Positions 53,491 through 61,784 of a DNA stretch of 64,000 nucleotides are shown piece after piece. Below the pieces are notes generated by a model. It had not been told where the DNA came from and ran no database searches. It worked only from the letters and a program-made list of their open reading frames with translations. Made by a program: the position numbers and the translations under genes. Source of the DNA: a virus; IMG/VR virus record IMGVR_UViG_3300045988_161046, positions 32,001 to 96,000 of that record; one strand, given 5' to 3'. Position 1 is the stretch's first letter. Each line of letters opens with the position of its first letter.

Positions 53491-53817
53491 TTATAATTCT
53501 ACGAATACAAACGGATTGCTGCTGGCTGCCGTGAGTGTATTCACCATTTTACCCCCCCCAACTGTGCGGCTGCGTCTTAGGGCAGAGGTAGGGTAGTTCA
53601 AATCGGCTACACCGGGTGCAGGGCAATCGGTATAGCCTTGCTCTGTAGCCTGACGGATGCGCAGGAATGTTTCTCCTTCTATATCCACGATTTCAAGAAA
53701 CGGACGGTCGGAGGTGGAGTATATCCGATAGAGAGAACCATCTGGATAAAAGCCATATCTCTTTCCGTTCAAGATAATCGTTCCTCGCTTGTATTGAGGT
53801 TGGTTATTGCTACTCAT
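53491..53817 (-). CDS. stand-alone C5-MTase TRD-like ORF, in frame with the MTase across one TAA
   Basis: 'IRQATEQGYTDCPAPGVADLNYPTSALRRSRTVGGGKMVNTLTAASS'; the stop at 53491-93 is 33 nt (11 codons) upstream of the ATG at 53460. Confidence 0.55.
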   Translation of the reverse strand: MSSNNQPQYKRGTIILNGKRYGFYPDGSLYRIYSTSDRPFLEIVDIEGETFLRIRQATEQGYTDCPAPGVADLNYPTSALRRSRTVGGGKMVNTLTAASSNPFVFVEL

Positions 53818-53938
53818 ACTCTATCATTATGCAGTGTGGGCATTTATAATCGGTGGCTCTGAGCGCAGAAGAAAGCTCCCCCCCATTTCTTCCATTCCTG
53901 TTTACGGCTCAAAGGGTGTACAGATGCCTTTACATCTA

Positions 53939-55045
53939 TCATTTGTTCCTCCTCATCTTTTCCATTTCCTCATTCTCTTTCGACAACCTTTCGAGATGTT
54001 CGAGAACGAGGGAATAAGACTGAGTATTGACCTGATCTTCCGTTAGGCCGACATACTTCTGCATCGTAGCGGTGGTGACGGTGTAGATCTCCATCGGGGT
54101 TTGCGGCTTGGTGTTGTTTGCCTTCTGTACCTTGAACACGTGAGGGTAGCGATGAGCTAGGGTGTGCATGATGCCCGTCCACCAGAAGAGGATGACCTGC
54201 CAGTTTGCCTCTGGGAAATTGACGAAATACTTTGCGTTCTCGGTGAACTGCTTTGACTCGTAATGAAAATCGTATTTCGTGATGCCTGTTGTCGGATCGA
54301 CGTACTGGGTGGTGGTGTTGAAGATGGTGGCAAGGAACATGTTTCTGGCGCTAGCTACGCTCTGAGCTTGCGTCTGAAGTTGCTCCTCGATGAACTTATC
54401 CATCTGCTTCATCTTTACCAGGTTATTGCTTAACTTGGTGTAGGTCTGCATCATATCGCTAGCAAAACGGTATTGCTGCCAGGAAAAGCCATCGAGGTCT
54501 GTACTCGGACCGCGGAAGGCTTTGGCACGACGATACCACTTGGCTTTCTGTCCGATGAGCGGATAGGGGAAGAGGGTGAGGAAATTGCCGCTGTCTGCAT
54601 CCAGCCAGTCGAGAAGACCTGCGCCCTGAGCGATATACTCAGGGGAGGTTTTATCCTTGGTCTTGGCTTTCGGAGAGAGCCAATAGTTGAGCTGCCAAAG
54701 ATAGAGGGGAAAGTGGCTGCCGGACTGCGGACCAGCGATAGAATCGCTGGGAACGGGGGCGCAGAGGGAGAGGAGCTTCTTCAGAAGGCTCTTCTTCTGC
54801 GGCTCTATGCTTACCAGGTAGTGCTGCTCATTGATAGGCATGCGAGGGTCGGGATAGGCATTGATGCCTATTCCGGCAAAAAGGAAGAAAACGGCTATCT
54901 TCACCTTCTGCATATCGAAGGGGTGATAGCGGTCTGCCTTGGCTATCTGCTCCAGCATGATGAGGGCAATCTGCTCCAGCTGGGTAGGGGTGCATTGGTT
55001 CCAGCCGCGGGGGATGGTGAGGTTTATCTGTTCTTGCATAATCAT
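53939..55045 (-). CDS. hypothetical protein (carries in-frame hairpin-repeat copy 8)
   Basis: 368-aa ORF. Confidence 0.5.
   Translation of the reverse strand: MIMQEQINLTIPRGWNQCTPTQLEQIALIMLEQIAKADRYHPFDMQKVKIAVFFLFAGIGINAYPDPRMPINEQHYLVSIEPQKKSLLKKLLSLCAPVPSDSIAGPQSGSHFPLYLWQLNYWLSPKAKTKDKTSPEYIAQGAGLLDWLDADSGNFLTLFPYPLIGQKAKWYRRAKAFRGPSTDLDGFSWQQYRFASDMMQTYTKLSNNLVKMKQMDKFIEEQLQTQAQSVASARNMFLATIFNTTTQYVDPTTGITKYDFHYESKQFTENAKYFVNFPEANWQVILFWWTGIMHTLAHRYPHVFKVQKANNTKPQTPMEIYTVTTATMQKYVGLTEDQVNTQSYSLVLEHLERLSKENEEMEKMRRNK
54730..54762 (+). repeat. GAACGG-hairpin repeat copy 8 (inside ORF)
   Basis: Consensus hairpin at 54732-54750, encoding 'APVPSDSIAGP'. Confidence 0.9.
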
Positions 55046-55052
55046 TTTTTTT

Positions 55053-55146
55053 AGTGTTGATTGTTGAGTGTTGAATGTTGAATTGCCTCACGGACTCGAT
55101 GGCGTATTCCTAATTCAACATTCAACACTCAACATTCAACACTCAA
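55053..55146. repeat. low-complexity palindrome (GTGTTGAATGTTGAATT / AATTCAACATTCAACAC arms)
   Basis: Arms 55053-55085 and 55111-55146, between the endolysin stop and the next start. Confidence 0.8.
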
Positions 55147-55153
55147 TTTACCT

Positions 55154-55708
55154 TTAAAATATGATTTTCTTGCCGCCATTGGCGATGAGGGAGCCGTATT
55201 TGATGGCTTCTAATCTGCGGAGCCAGCCTTTCTCAAATACCTTCTGACTAGGGTGCTTGGCGATGATGCCGGAGATGTATTGCTTGCGGCGTACCTTGAT
55301 GCGGGCGAAGAACTGACTAGGGTTCTGGGCGTTGAGGGCAGCGAGGGTCTGCTTGCCTACGATGCCATCGGCTGTTACGCCCAGCATGGCTTGCACGAGG
55401 GTGATGCCTGGAGTACCGCTAGACCATACCCAATCTACCAGAATGTTGGCAATGCTCTGGTCTTTGATGCCATCGGCTTTCCATCGGTTCCAATAACAGC
55501 GGCGAAGGATGGCAGTGAAATCGGCTTTGGTGATAAGCTTTACATCCTTTGCATCGATGCGGCCATCATGGTTCTTGTCATAACCTTGGGTTTGCCAGGT
55601 TTTCAGCGTTACGCCCATGTTGGTAGGGCCGCCCTTGTCGTTGGGGTGGTTTACGTAACCTCCTTCAAAGGAGAGAATGAAATCTGCAAGAGGTTGAATC
55701 TTTGCCAT
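55154..55708 (-). CDS. endolysin, GH108 N-acetylmuramidase with peptidoglycan-binding C-domain
   Basis: 'FEGGYVNHPNDKGGPTNMGVT' GH108 signature; 'GVTADGIVGKQTLAAL' PG-binding-like. Confidence 0.8.
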   Translation of the reverse strand: MAKIQPLADFILSFEGGYVNHPNDKGGPTNMGVTLKTWQTQGYDKNHDGRIDAKDVKLITKADFTAILRRCYWNRWKADGIKDQSIANILVDWVWSSGTPGITLVQAMLGVTADGIVGKQTLAALNAQNPSQFFARIKVRRKQYISGIIAKHPSQKVFEKGWLRRLEAIKYGSLIANGGKKIIF

Positions 55709-55744
55709 ATATTTTCTGTTTTATCGTTTTTATTTCTTCTGAGG

Positions 55745-55782
55745 GCAAAGATAGGGGTTTCTATTTTATTCGAGGGGACAAA
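55745..55782 (-). promoter_or_regulatory. N25-class promoter-like module TTTGTCCC-N21-TATCTTTG
   Basis: Minus strand TTTGTCCCCTCGAATAAAATAGAAACCCCTATCTTTG. Confidence 0.55.
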
Positions 55783-55902
55783 GAAAGCCTCCCTACGACT
55801 TTCACAGTCGCAAAGAGGCTTCAAAAAATGTTATCCCAATCTTTTTACTTTAAAAACTTGCACTCGCTAGTGCGAAATCCATATCACCTATATCAAAACA
55901 AA

Positions 55903-56403
55903 CTACATCGTAGCGTGAGCGAACATATAGTCCCATATCTTGGTACAATCGTCTTCTTCGGGTTGCCAGTCTGCATCCTGGAAATAGAAGAGATAAGCTG
56001 CCTTGATGATTTCATCTTCTGTCATATCGCTGCACAGGTCAGCATACATGGCATTGAAGGCAACATACTTATCCCAATCGTTCACCTTATTATGGAACTT
56101 CATGCCCTTGGTAACATTCGCTATCTGCGATTTGGTCCAGTGTGCGCCGCTTCCTACAAATTCGCCATTCTCACCTTTCTTGTTATACACAAGATGGCAG
56201 ACATCATGGTTGGCCATTTTCTCGCTGTAATGACGGTCATAGAACACTGCGTGCTGATGACGGAGAATGCACCAGTACAATTCCGGATTTGTTTCCTCTA
56301 AGGAGGCGAGGTCGCAGCTCAACTGTTCCATCGCCTCCATCATCTTCTTCTCGGTAGCCACGCCGTGAGCGCGGGCTTGATCTATCAACTGAATATACTT
56401 CAT
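55903..56403 (-). CDS. hypothetical protein
   Basis: 166-aa ORF. Confidence 0.5.
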   Translation of the reverse strand: MKYIQLIDQARAHGVATEKKMMEAMEQLSCDLASLEETNPELYWCILRHQHAVFYDRHYSEKMANHDVCHLVYNKKGENGEFVGSGAHWTKSQIANVTKGMKFHNKVNDWDKYVAFNAMYADLCSDMTEDEIIKAAYLFYFQDADWQPEEDDCTKIWDYMFAHATM

Positions 56404-56435
56404 CGTTTCTTACCTTTCCTTTTGTTGGTGGATAG

Positions 56436-56990
56436 TCATGCGATGGCGAATGTTAAAGGAGCATCGCACACGAAAGTCTTGCTACAGGAGCAGCAGGCTA
56501 CCTTGACAAGACGGTTTTTCACGCTGTCAAGAGATGTGGTAACGTTCGTGAAAAGTGAAGCTACCTGCGATTTAAGCACGTCGATGTTGGCGTTGGCAGC
56601 GGCATTGTATGCCATCTGCTCTGCGTTGACCGCCTGTTGCGCATCCTTGTTGGCATCCACTTTGTTTTCGAGCTGGCGAATCTTACCGTCGAGATACTGA
56701 GTTACCTCTACCAACTTCTTGTCGGCATAGTTCTCGCTCTTTGGGATAGCAAGTTCCGTCTTCAATGTAGCGTTCTCCTGCATAAGGTTGGTCTCACCCT
56801 TGGTTGCAAAGCGTGAATCCGAGTCACCTGGGGTGGCTGCCATGCCATTGTTGCCTCTACCGAGGTTGAACAAGGAAGCACCGCCACCCAGTAAACTGGT
56901 AGCCAAACCTGCGATACCAATTCCAAGGGCGGTATTACCCAATCCCTTGCTGGCAACATCATAGTTGCCATCATTCGTTTTTACCTGCAT
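56436..56990 (-). CDS. hypothetical protein with one N-terminal hydrophobic segment and a coiled-coil
   Basis: 'ALGIGIAGLATSLLGGG', then a heptad-like region. Confidence 0.45.
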   Translation of the reverse strand: MQVKTNDGNYDVASKGLGNTALGIGIAGLATSLLGGGASLFNLGRGNNGMAATPGDSDSRFATKGETNLMQENATLKTELAIPKSENYADKKLVEVTQYLDGKIRQLENKVDANKDAQQAVNAEQMAYNAAANANIDVLKSQVASLFTNVTTSLDSVKNRLVKVACCSCSKTFVCDAPLTFAIA

Positions 56991-57269
56991 AGTTTTTTGT
57001 GTTTAAATTCTTCCAATATCGGAATCGTATGCAAAGGTAATAGGAATGAAGTAAACAGAAAAGCCCCGGTATCTTGCCTTATCTTACTAAGGCGCAATAC
57101 CGAGGCTTTGATTTATAGAGTAAATTGCCAATGGAACTCATTGGATAGGGGAGCGATTATTCATCGTTTTCGCCGGGCGTAGAGGTTTCATCATTGACAG
57201 ATGCTACCTGCTTACTCCGCTTAGATGACTGCCGTGAAGCGGAATTGGTATCGCTCTTTTCAGTTCCGC

Positions 57270-57848
57270 TTACGCTCCCCCCGGTGTGCCTGCACCGTTA
57301 AGGAGAGAATCCCAGCCATCTTCTGGTGCGGCAATCTCATAGCGGCCATACATGGTCGGACTGAGAGAACCGCTCAGTGCCACTGTACGGTCATCCTCAG
57401 GTTTTTTGCCCGTGTCTCCCTTAATATTACCGGAGTCGTACTTGAAGTCGTGCTGCTTGTCATAAACGATGATAGATTTATCACCATCCTCAATGATGTA
57501 ACCACACTTGAGGTTATTGAGACCACGAGCCACAAAAGCAGTGGGGGCGTTTACGCTCTCAAGAACGTAGTCCAAGGTCTGCTTGAAACCCTTCTTGAAA
57601 CCGAGGTTCTCCCAGGTGTGACCCTGACCGCCATCCTGGCACTCAAACTTGTAGAGACCCTTACCTGGCTTGAAGGACGCACGAGTCAGCGCTGCATAGG
57701 TGTTCTTACCTGCCTCTGGTGAGAGAGGGGCAGCAAGATCACTCTTGATAAAGACATATACGTTTACGCCAAGACCGCCGAAGTTTTCCAAGCAATCGTT
57801 CTCGGAAAGCAGATCCTTGATCTCTGGGCATGTTACTGTTTCTGCCAT
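57270..57848 (-). CDS. virion protein (follows the capsid gene)
   Basis: 192-aa ORF; assigned by position only. Confidence 0.4.
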   Translation of the reverse strand: MAETVTCPEIKDLLSENDCLENFGGLGVNVYVFIKSDLAAPLSPEAGKNTYAALTRASFKPGKGLYKFECQDGGQGHTWENLGFKKGFKQTLDYVLESVNAPTAFVARGLNNLKCGYIIEDGDKSIIVYDKQHDFKYDSGNIKGDTGKKPEDDRTVALSGSLSPTMYGRYEIAAPEDGWDSLLNGAGTPGGA

Positions 57849-57959
57849 AATTGTATCTTTTTTGATGATTAAACGAAATGGCGGCGGAAGCCATATTCCG
57901 CCAGGTCAGGCGACCGCCGCCGAGGATTTATAGAGGGAATACCTTTTCTGCCTGTTGGA

Positions 57960-57989
57960 CCAGTGATGGAATCGCTGGGGACGGGGGCA
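57960..57989 (+). repeat. GAACGG-hairpin repeat copy 9
   Basis: CCAGTGAT-GGA-ATCGCTGG (one T.G pair on the plus strand); just 3' of the capsid gene stop. Confidence 0.85.
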
Positions 57990-57997
57990 GGAGAGGG

Positions 57998-59290
57998 CTA
58001 ACCCTGCTTCTTGAAGAAGGCGGTGAAGCCCTGGCTCATGCCCGTTGCAGCGAACTGGATCTTCTTCACCTTGCTGCCGGTGCTCCAGTGGTCGAAGATG
58101 TAGCTGGTACCATCTACTGCCTCAAGAGTAACAATAGCGTTAGGAGTTGTCTCCACTGGCTTAGTGTAATCAGCATCGTTCACCTTCACATGACCATCAA
58201 TCTCTCCCTCTGCGCTAGCTACGGTCTTGGCAAGAGTAACGGTAATGTTAGACTCGGTGTAGTCGCCTGAAACGAACTCTGCGCTTTCGAGGGCACCGTC
58301 TGTCATTGCGAAGGCCCAAGAGAATGGATTCTCTACATAACAGCCCTGAATACTTTGTGCCTGAATAGTGATGTCTCTCAGGTCGTCTGGACTGCCTTCA
58401 CCAATCATAACCCTAGTGTCGTTACCCTCAGAATCTACTGCGTAAACAAGGTTGTTTTCGATAGAGAAGAGGATGCGATCACCGACACCCAAGCCCTCAA
58501 CTGGAACGATGGTACACTTAGGAAGCTCTGGGATAACGTAATTACCGCCATCTACCACATTGAGCTTATGAGTGCCGTATGACTGGAGTGCGTAAGCATC
58601 AGAGATAGCGATGGCTGTCTCAGGAGTCATGTAAGCGAGAACCTTCTGACGACGCATGCGTGGGTCCAGTTTCATGTAAACATCACGGAAGATCTTGTAT
58701 GCAGAGCTGTCTGTTGCATCAGCTGGTGCAGAGATAGCTTCGCAGTGAATGAGGTTGTGGTTAGCCTCGCTGATAAGACCGTCCTCAATATCGTGCTTAA
58801 TACCGGTAAGGAAGCCATCATAGAGAGCCATAGACTTCTCCAGATTTGAAGCGCCAGGAACGTCTCTATCAATGTCACCCCACCAGAGGTTGTTGTAAAG
58901 GTCGTCGGCGTAAGTCTTCAATACCGCTTCGATAGCTACGGTAGAAAGAGGATAAGCGCCATGTGAGTCTGTACCAAGGTTTGTCTCACAATAGCGGTCT
59001 ATGTTATCGGTACCGTGGAACCAAGCGAGCTTGGCTGTCAACTTACGTTCCTTGAGGAAACCGATTTCACTGTTCAACTTAGGATTTACATCCTTACGGC
59101 GAGTAGTACCACCCTTACGGATAAATACATTAATAGTGCGCTGATACTGGATGCCGCTGATAGTCTTGATGCCAAGACGCTTCATCTCCTCAGGGTTAGC
59201 GTAAGATGGACCCTGAACAACGCTCTTGAATACCTGGTTAGCGACCTCTCTAAGGGCGCTGATACCAATAAAGTTGTTTGGTATTGCCAT
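57998..59290 (-). CDS. major capsid protein candidate
   Basis: 430 aa, immediately downstream of the protease-scaffold gene; assigned by position and size. Confidence 0.55.
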   Translation of the reverse strand: MAIPNNFIGISALREVANQVFKSVVQGPSYANPEEMKRLGIKTISGIQYQRTINVFIRKGGTTRRKDVNPKLNSEIGFLKERKLTAKLAWFHGTDNIDRYCETNLGTDSHGAYPLSTVAIEAVLKTYADDLYNNLWWGDIDRDVPGASNLEKSMALYDGFLTGIKHDIEDGLISEANHNLIHCEAISAPADATDSSAYKIFRDVYMKLDPRMRRQKVLAYMTPETAIAISDAYALQSYGTHKLNVVDGGNYVIPELPKCTIVPVEGLGVGDRILFSIENNLVYAVDSEGNDTRVMIGEGSPDDLRDITIQAQSIQGCYVENPFSWAFAMTDGALESAEFVSGDYTESNITVTLAKTVASAEGEIDGHVKVNDADYTKPVETTPNAIVTLEAVDGTSYIFDHWSTGSKVKKIQFAATGMSQGFTAFFKKQG

Positions 59291-59341
59291 AATTAAAATT
59301 CAAATTTTGCTTATTTATGTATGTGATTTAAATTTCAAAAA

Positions 59342-60940
59342 CTAGAGGAGACCATTTTCTCTCTTGTACTCCTCGATAGCTTTCTTTGAACCTACTGGGT
59401 CGGCTGGATTCCAGGTTGGGTAGCCTGTCTTTGCGGTTTCTACCTTTGCGCCCTCACCGTTGTTCTGAGGTGCGGCACCCTGCGCTGGCTCCTCACCTGG
59501 GTTCTCGTTCAGCTCGGCAATCTGAGCGTCCTTGTCGGCGATGGTCTGCTGGGCAGTCGCGAGTGAAGCCTGGGCAGTCTTCAACTCCTCATCTGCCTTT
59601 GCCTTCTCCTCATCGGCCTTAGCCTTTGCCTCTTTCAGGTTCTTGATTTCCTCGTCCTTCTGGGCGATGGTTTCAGCGAGTGCGTCGTGCTTTGCCTGAA
59701 GGTCAGCAAGATTCTGCTCTGCTGTGGTGGCTTTCTGCTTGGCATCAGCCACAGCCTGCTCCTGCGATGCGAGATGAGCTTCGAGGGTATCGAGCAACGG
59801 GGCATTCATGAATGCGCCTTCCTCCTTTACCTCAATCTGCTGACCATCCTGCATACCGCAAGCGGCATTGATCTTTGAATAATTTGCCATATTGATTGAT
59901 TTTTGTGAAATAGTATGTTGATGATTTTCTTGTACAATAGATGCAGATGCCTGCTCCGGCTCGTTCTCTTCCGGTTCAGGCTTTTGGATAGAAGCCTCTC
60001 GATTGATAGGCTCGGCTGTGCCGTTGTAGAGAGCGAAGCAACGCTGAACGCACCCCATAAAGGTAGACTGGTCGTCCATAAGGATTCCCTTTACGTCTTC
60101 AGCATTGAATACCTTACCTTTCAGGTGAACATCCTCGATAGCGTTAGGACAGGCTTTCTTCACATCGGCTCTGAACTCCACGCCCAACTCGGAAAGCTCT
60201 TTGATAAGCTCCTTGTTGTCATTCTTGTTGGCGATGTCACGGTAAGCCTTATTCTTGTCGAAAGACTCTGGATCGTACTCCTCGTGATAAGTCTCATCGG
60301 TATATTTATCCTTTGAGCCATTAGCCAAAGTATAGAAGGCAGCCATCACGCCGATGCAACCAACCTGGTCTTTCGGATTCAAGTAATATCGCTCATCGCA
60401 AAGAGAAGCGAGATACATACCTGCACTGGCACACATTCCATCTACCAGGGCGATGACCTTCTGACCCTTGGAGTGGGCATAGTCGATAGCAAGTGCATAA
60501 TCGTTTTTAGCCCAAGCCGAACCGCCAGGAGTATTAATGATAAAAAGATGACCTCGGCAAAGCGGATGGTCAGCTGCACGCATCATCATATCGCGATGGT
60601 CGATAGAACCATAAGAGCAATATCCACCATTTCGAGTGATAGGACCATCTACGGTGAGAACCGAAACAAACGGGAAGTTCTGTGCCCGCTCATCCTCCTC
60701 CGGATAGTCGAGCTGATAGTTAGCTCTCACCTGCTTGCCATCCTCGGAAATCTGATATTCCTCCGGATAGTAGGTGTTGCCTTCAGCATCCTCCGCAGTG
60801 ACGAATCCACAAGTCCTTTCCGGTTTGGTAAACTCTGTGTGAGTATTTAGGTTCTGCTCAATCGATTTACGAATGCCATGCACGAAATCGGGGTTCACCA
60901 TCCACTTCTTCTCGGTCAGAATTTCATAAAGACCTTTCAT
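59342..60940 (-). CDS. prohead protease (S49/ClpP-like) fused to a coiled-coil scaffold
   Basis: 'FIINTPGGSAWAKND...ALVDGMCASAGMYLAS...VGCIG'; C-terminal 'ADLQAKHDALAETIAQKDEEIKNLKEAKAKADEEKAKADEELK'. Confidence 0.7.
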   Translation of the reverse strand: MKGLYEILTEKKWMVNPDFVHGIRKSIEQNLNTHTEFTKPERTCGFVTAEDAEGNTYYPEEYQISEDGKQVRANYQLDYPEEDERAQNFPFVSVLTVDGPITRNGGYCSYGSIDHRDMMMRAADHPLCRGHLFIINTPGGSAWAKNDYALAIDYAHSKGQKVIALVDGMCASAGMYLASLCDERYYLNPKDQVGCIGVMAAFYTLANGSKDKYTDETYHEEYDPESFDKNKAYRDIANKNDNKELIKELSELGVEFRADVKKACPNAIEDVHLKGKVFNAEDVKGILMDDQSTFMGCVQRCFALYNGTAEPINREASIQKPEPEENEPEQASASIVQENHQHTISQKSINMANYSKINAACGMQDGQQIEVKEEGAFMNAPLLDTLEAHLASQEQAVADAKQKATTAEQNLADLQAKHDALAETIAQKDEEIKNLKEAKAKADEEKAKADEELKTAQASLATAQQTIADKDAQIAELNENPGEEPAQGAAPQNNGEGAKVETAKTGYPTWNPADPVGSKKAIEEYKRENGLL

Positions 60941-61042
60941 GTGGGTAATAAATTTTTAAAAATAAATGTATGTTATCGTTATCCTGAATACAAATCTCCT
61001 TACCTTATTTAGCAAAAGAAGACCTTTCAATATTTCTGACGG

Positions 61043-61080
61043 CAAAGGTAAAGGAAATACATGGGCATATAGGGACAAAA
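61043..61080 (-). promoter_or_regulatory. N25-class promoter-like module TTTGTCCC-N21-TACCTTTG
   Basis: Minus strand TTTGTCCCTATATGCCCATGTATTTCCTTTACCTTTG. Confidence 0.5.
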
Positions 61081-61103
61081 TAAAGGTAAAAAGGTAAAAA
61101 AAC
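61081..61103 (+). repeat. A-rich GGTAAAAAG repeat
   Basis: TAAAGGTAAAAAGGTAAAAAAAC. Confidence 0.7.
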
Positions 61104-61137
61104 AAAAAGCCCTGCGATCCTCACGGACAGCAGGGCT
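61098..61137 (-). terminator. intrinsic terminator after 61222..61710
   Basis: AGCCCTGC...GCAGGGCT, followed on the minus strand by TTTTTGTTTTTTT. Confidence 0.65.
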
Positions 61138-61221
61138 AAAATTAATATAAAATTTCGATACTTATGAATTATATGTTTTCAAAAACTAGAAGATAATTAA
61201 GTACTATAAATTTATGATTGA

Positions 61222-61710
61222 TTAAGCAATCGTTATCGGAATAAACTCTGACATCGCCTGACAGGTAGCCGTGATGCTGCGGGTCTCAGCATCCATCTGG
61301 ATAGTTACCGATGGAGCGATACTGAAGGTACCAGGTATCGTATGGCACAGATAAAGTGAATCATCCTGCTTACGCAAGACTATATAATAGTCCTTTCCGT
61401 GCATATTCTTGATGATTTCGGGCATATTCGCCTTGCCATCACTGATATTGGCGGTAATCTCGAACTTGAAGACGGTACCATTGCCTCCCTCTGAAGAGGT
61501 CTCTTTGGCAGTAATGCTGTCAGATATTACATAATTGTCGCCTTCGCTGGTGGCAAGATGGAGTGCTTCGCCGGCAAACTTGCAGCCATTCATATTCAAT
61601 ATCAGCGGTATGCTGAAGGGGATAGGAACGGAACTTTCCCTTACGGCATAAAAATAAGCATCGGTTACTCCATCCAGAAATAACTCTCTGCAACTATCAG
61701 GTAACTTCAT
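61222..61710 (-). CDS. hypothetical protein
   Basis: 162-aa ORF. Confidence 0.5.
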   Translation of the reverse strand: MKLPDSCRELFLDGVTDAYFYAVRESSVPIPFSIPLILNMNGCKFAGEALHLATSEGDNYVISDSITAKETSSEGGNGTVFKFEITANISDGKANMPEIIKNMHGKDYYIVLRKQDDSLYLCHTIPGTFSIAPSVTIQMDAETRSITATCQAMSEFIPITIA

Positions 61711-61784
61711 ATCTTTTCCTTGATTTAGCTATTATTTAGCTTTTGTTTATATATAAATTAACACCTATTATACAAGATGTAAAA

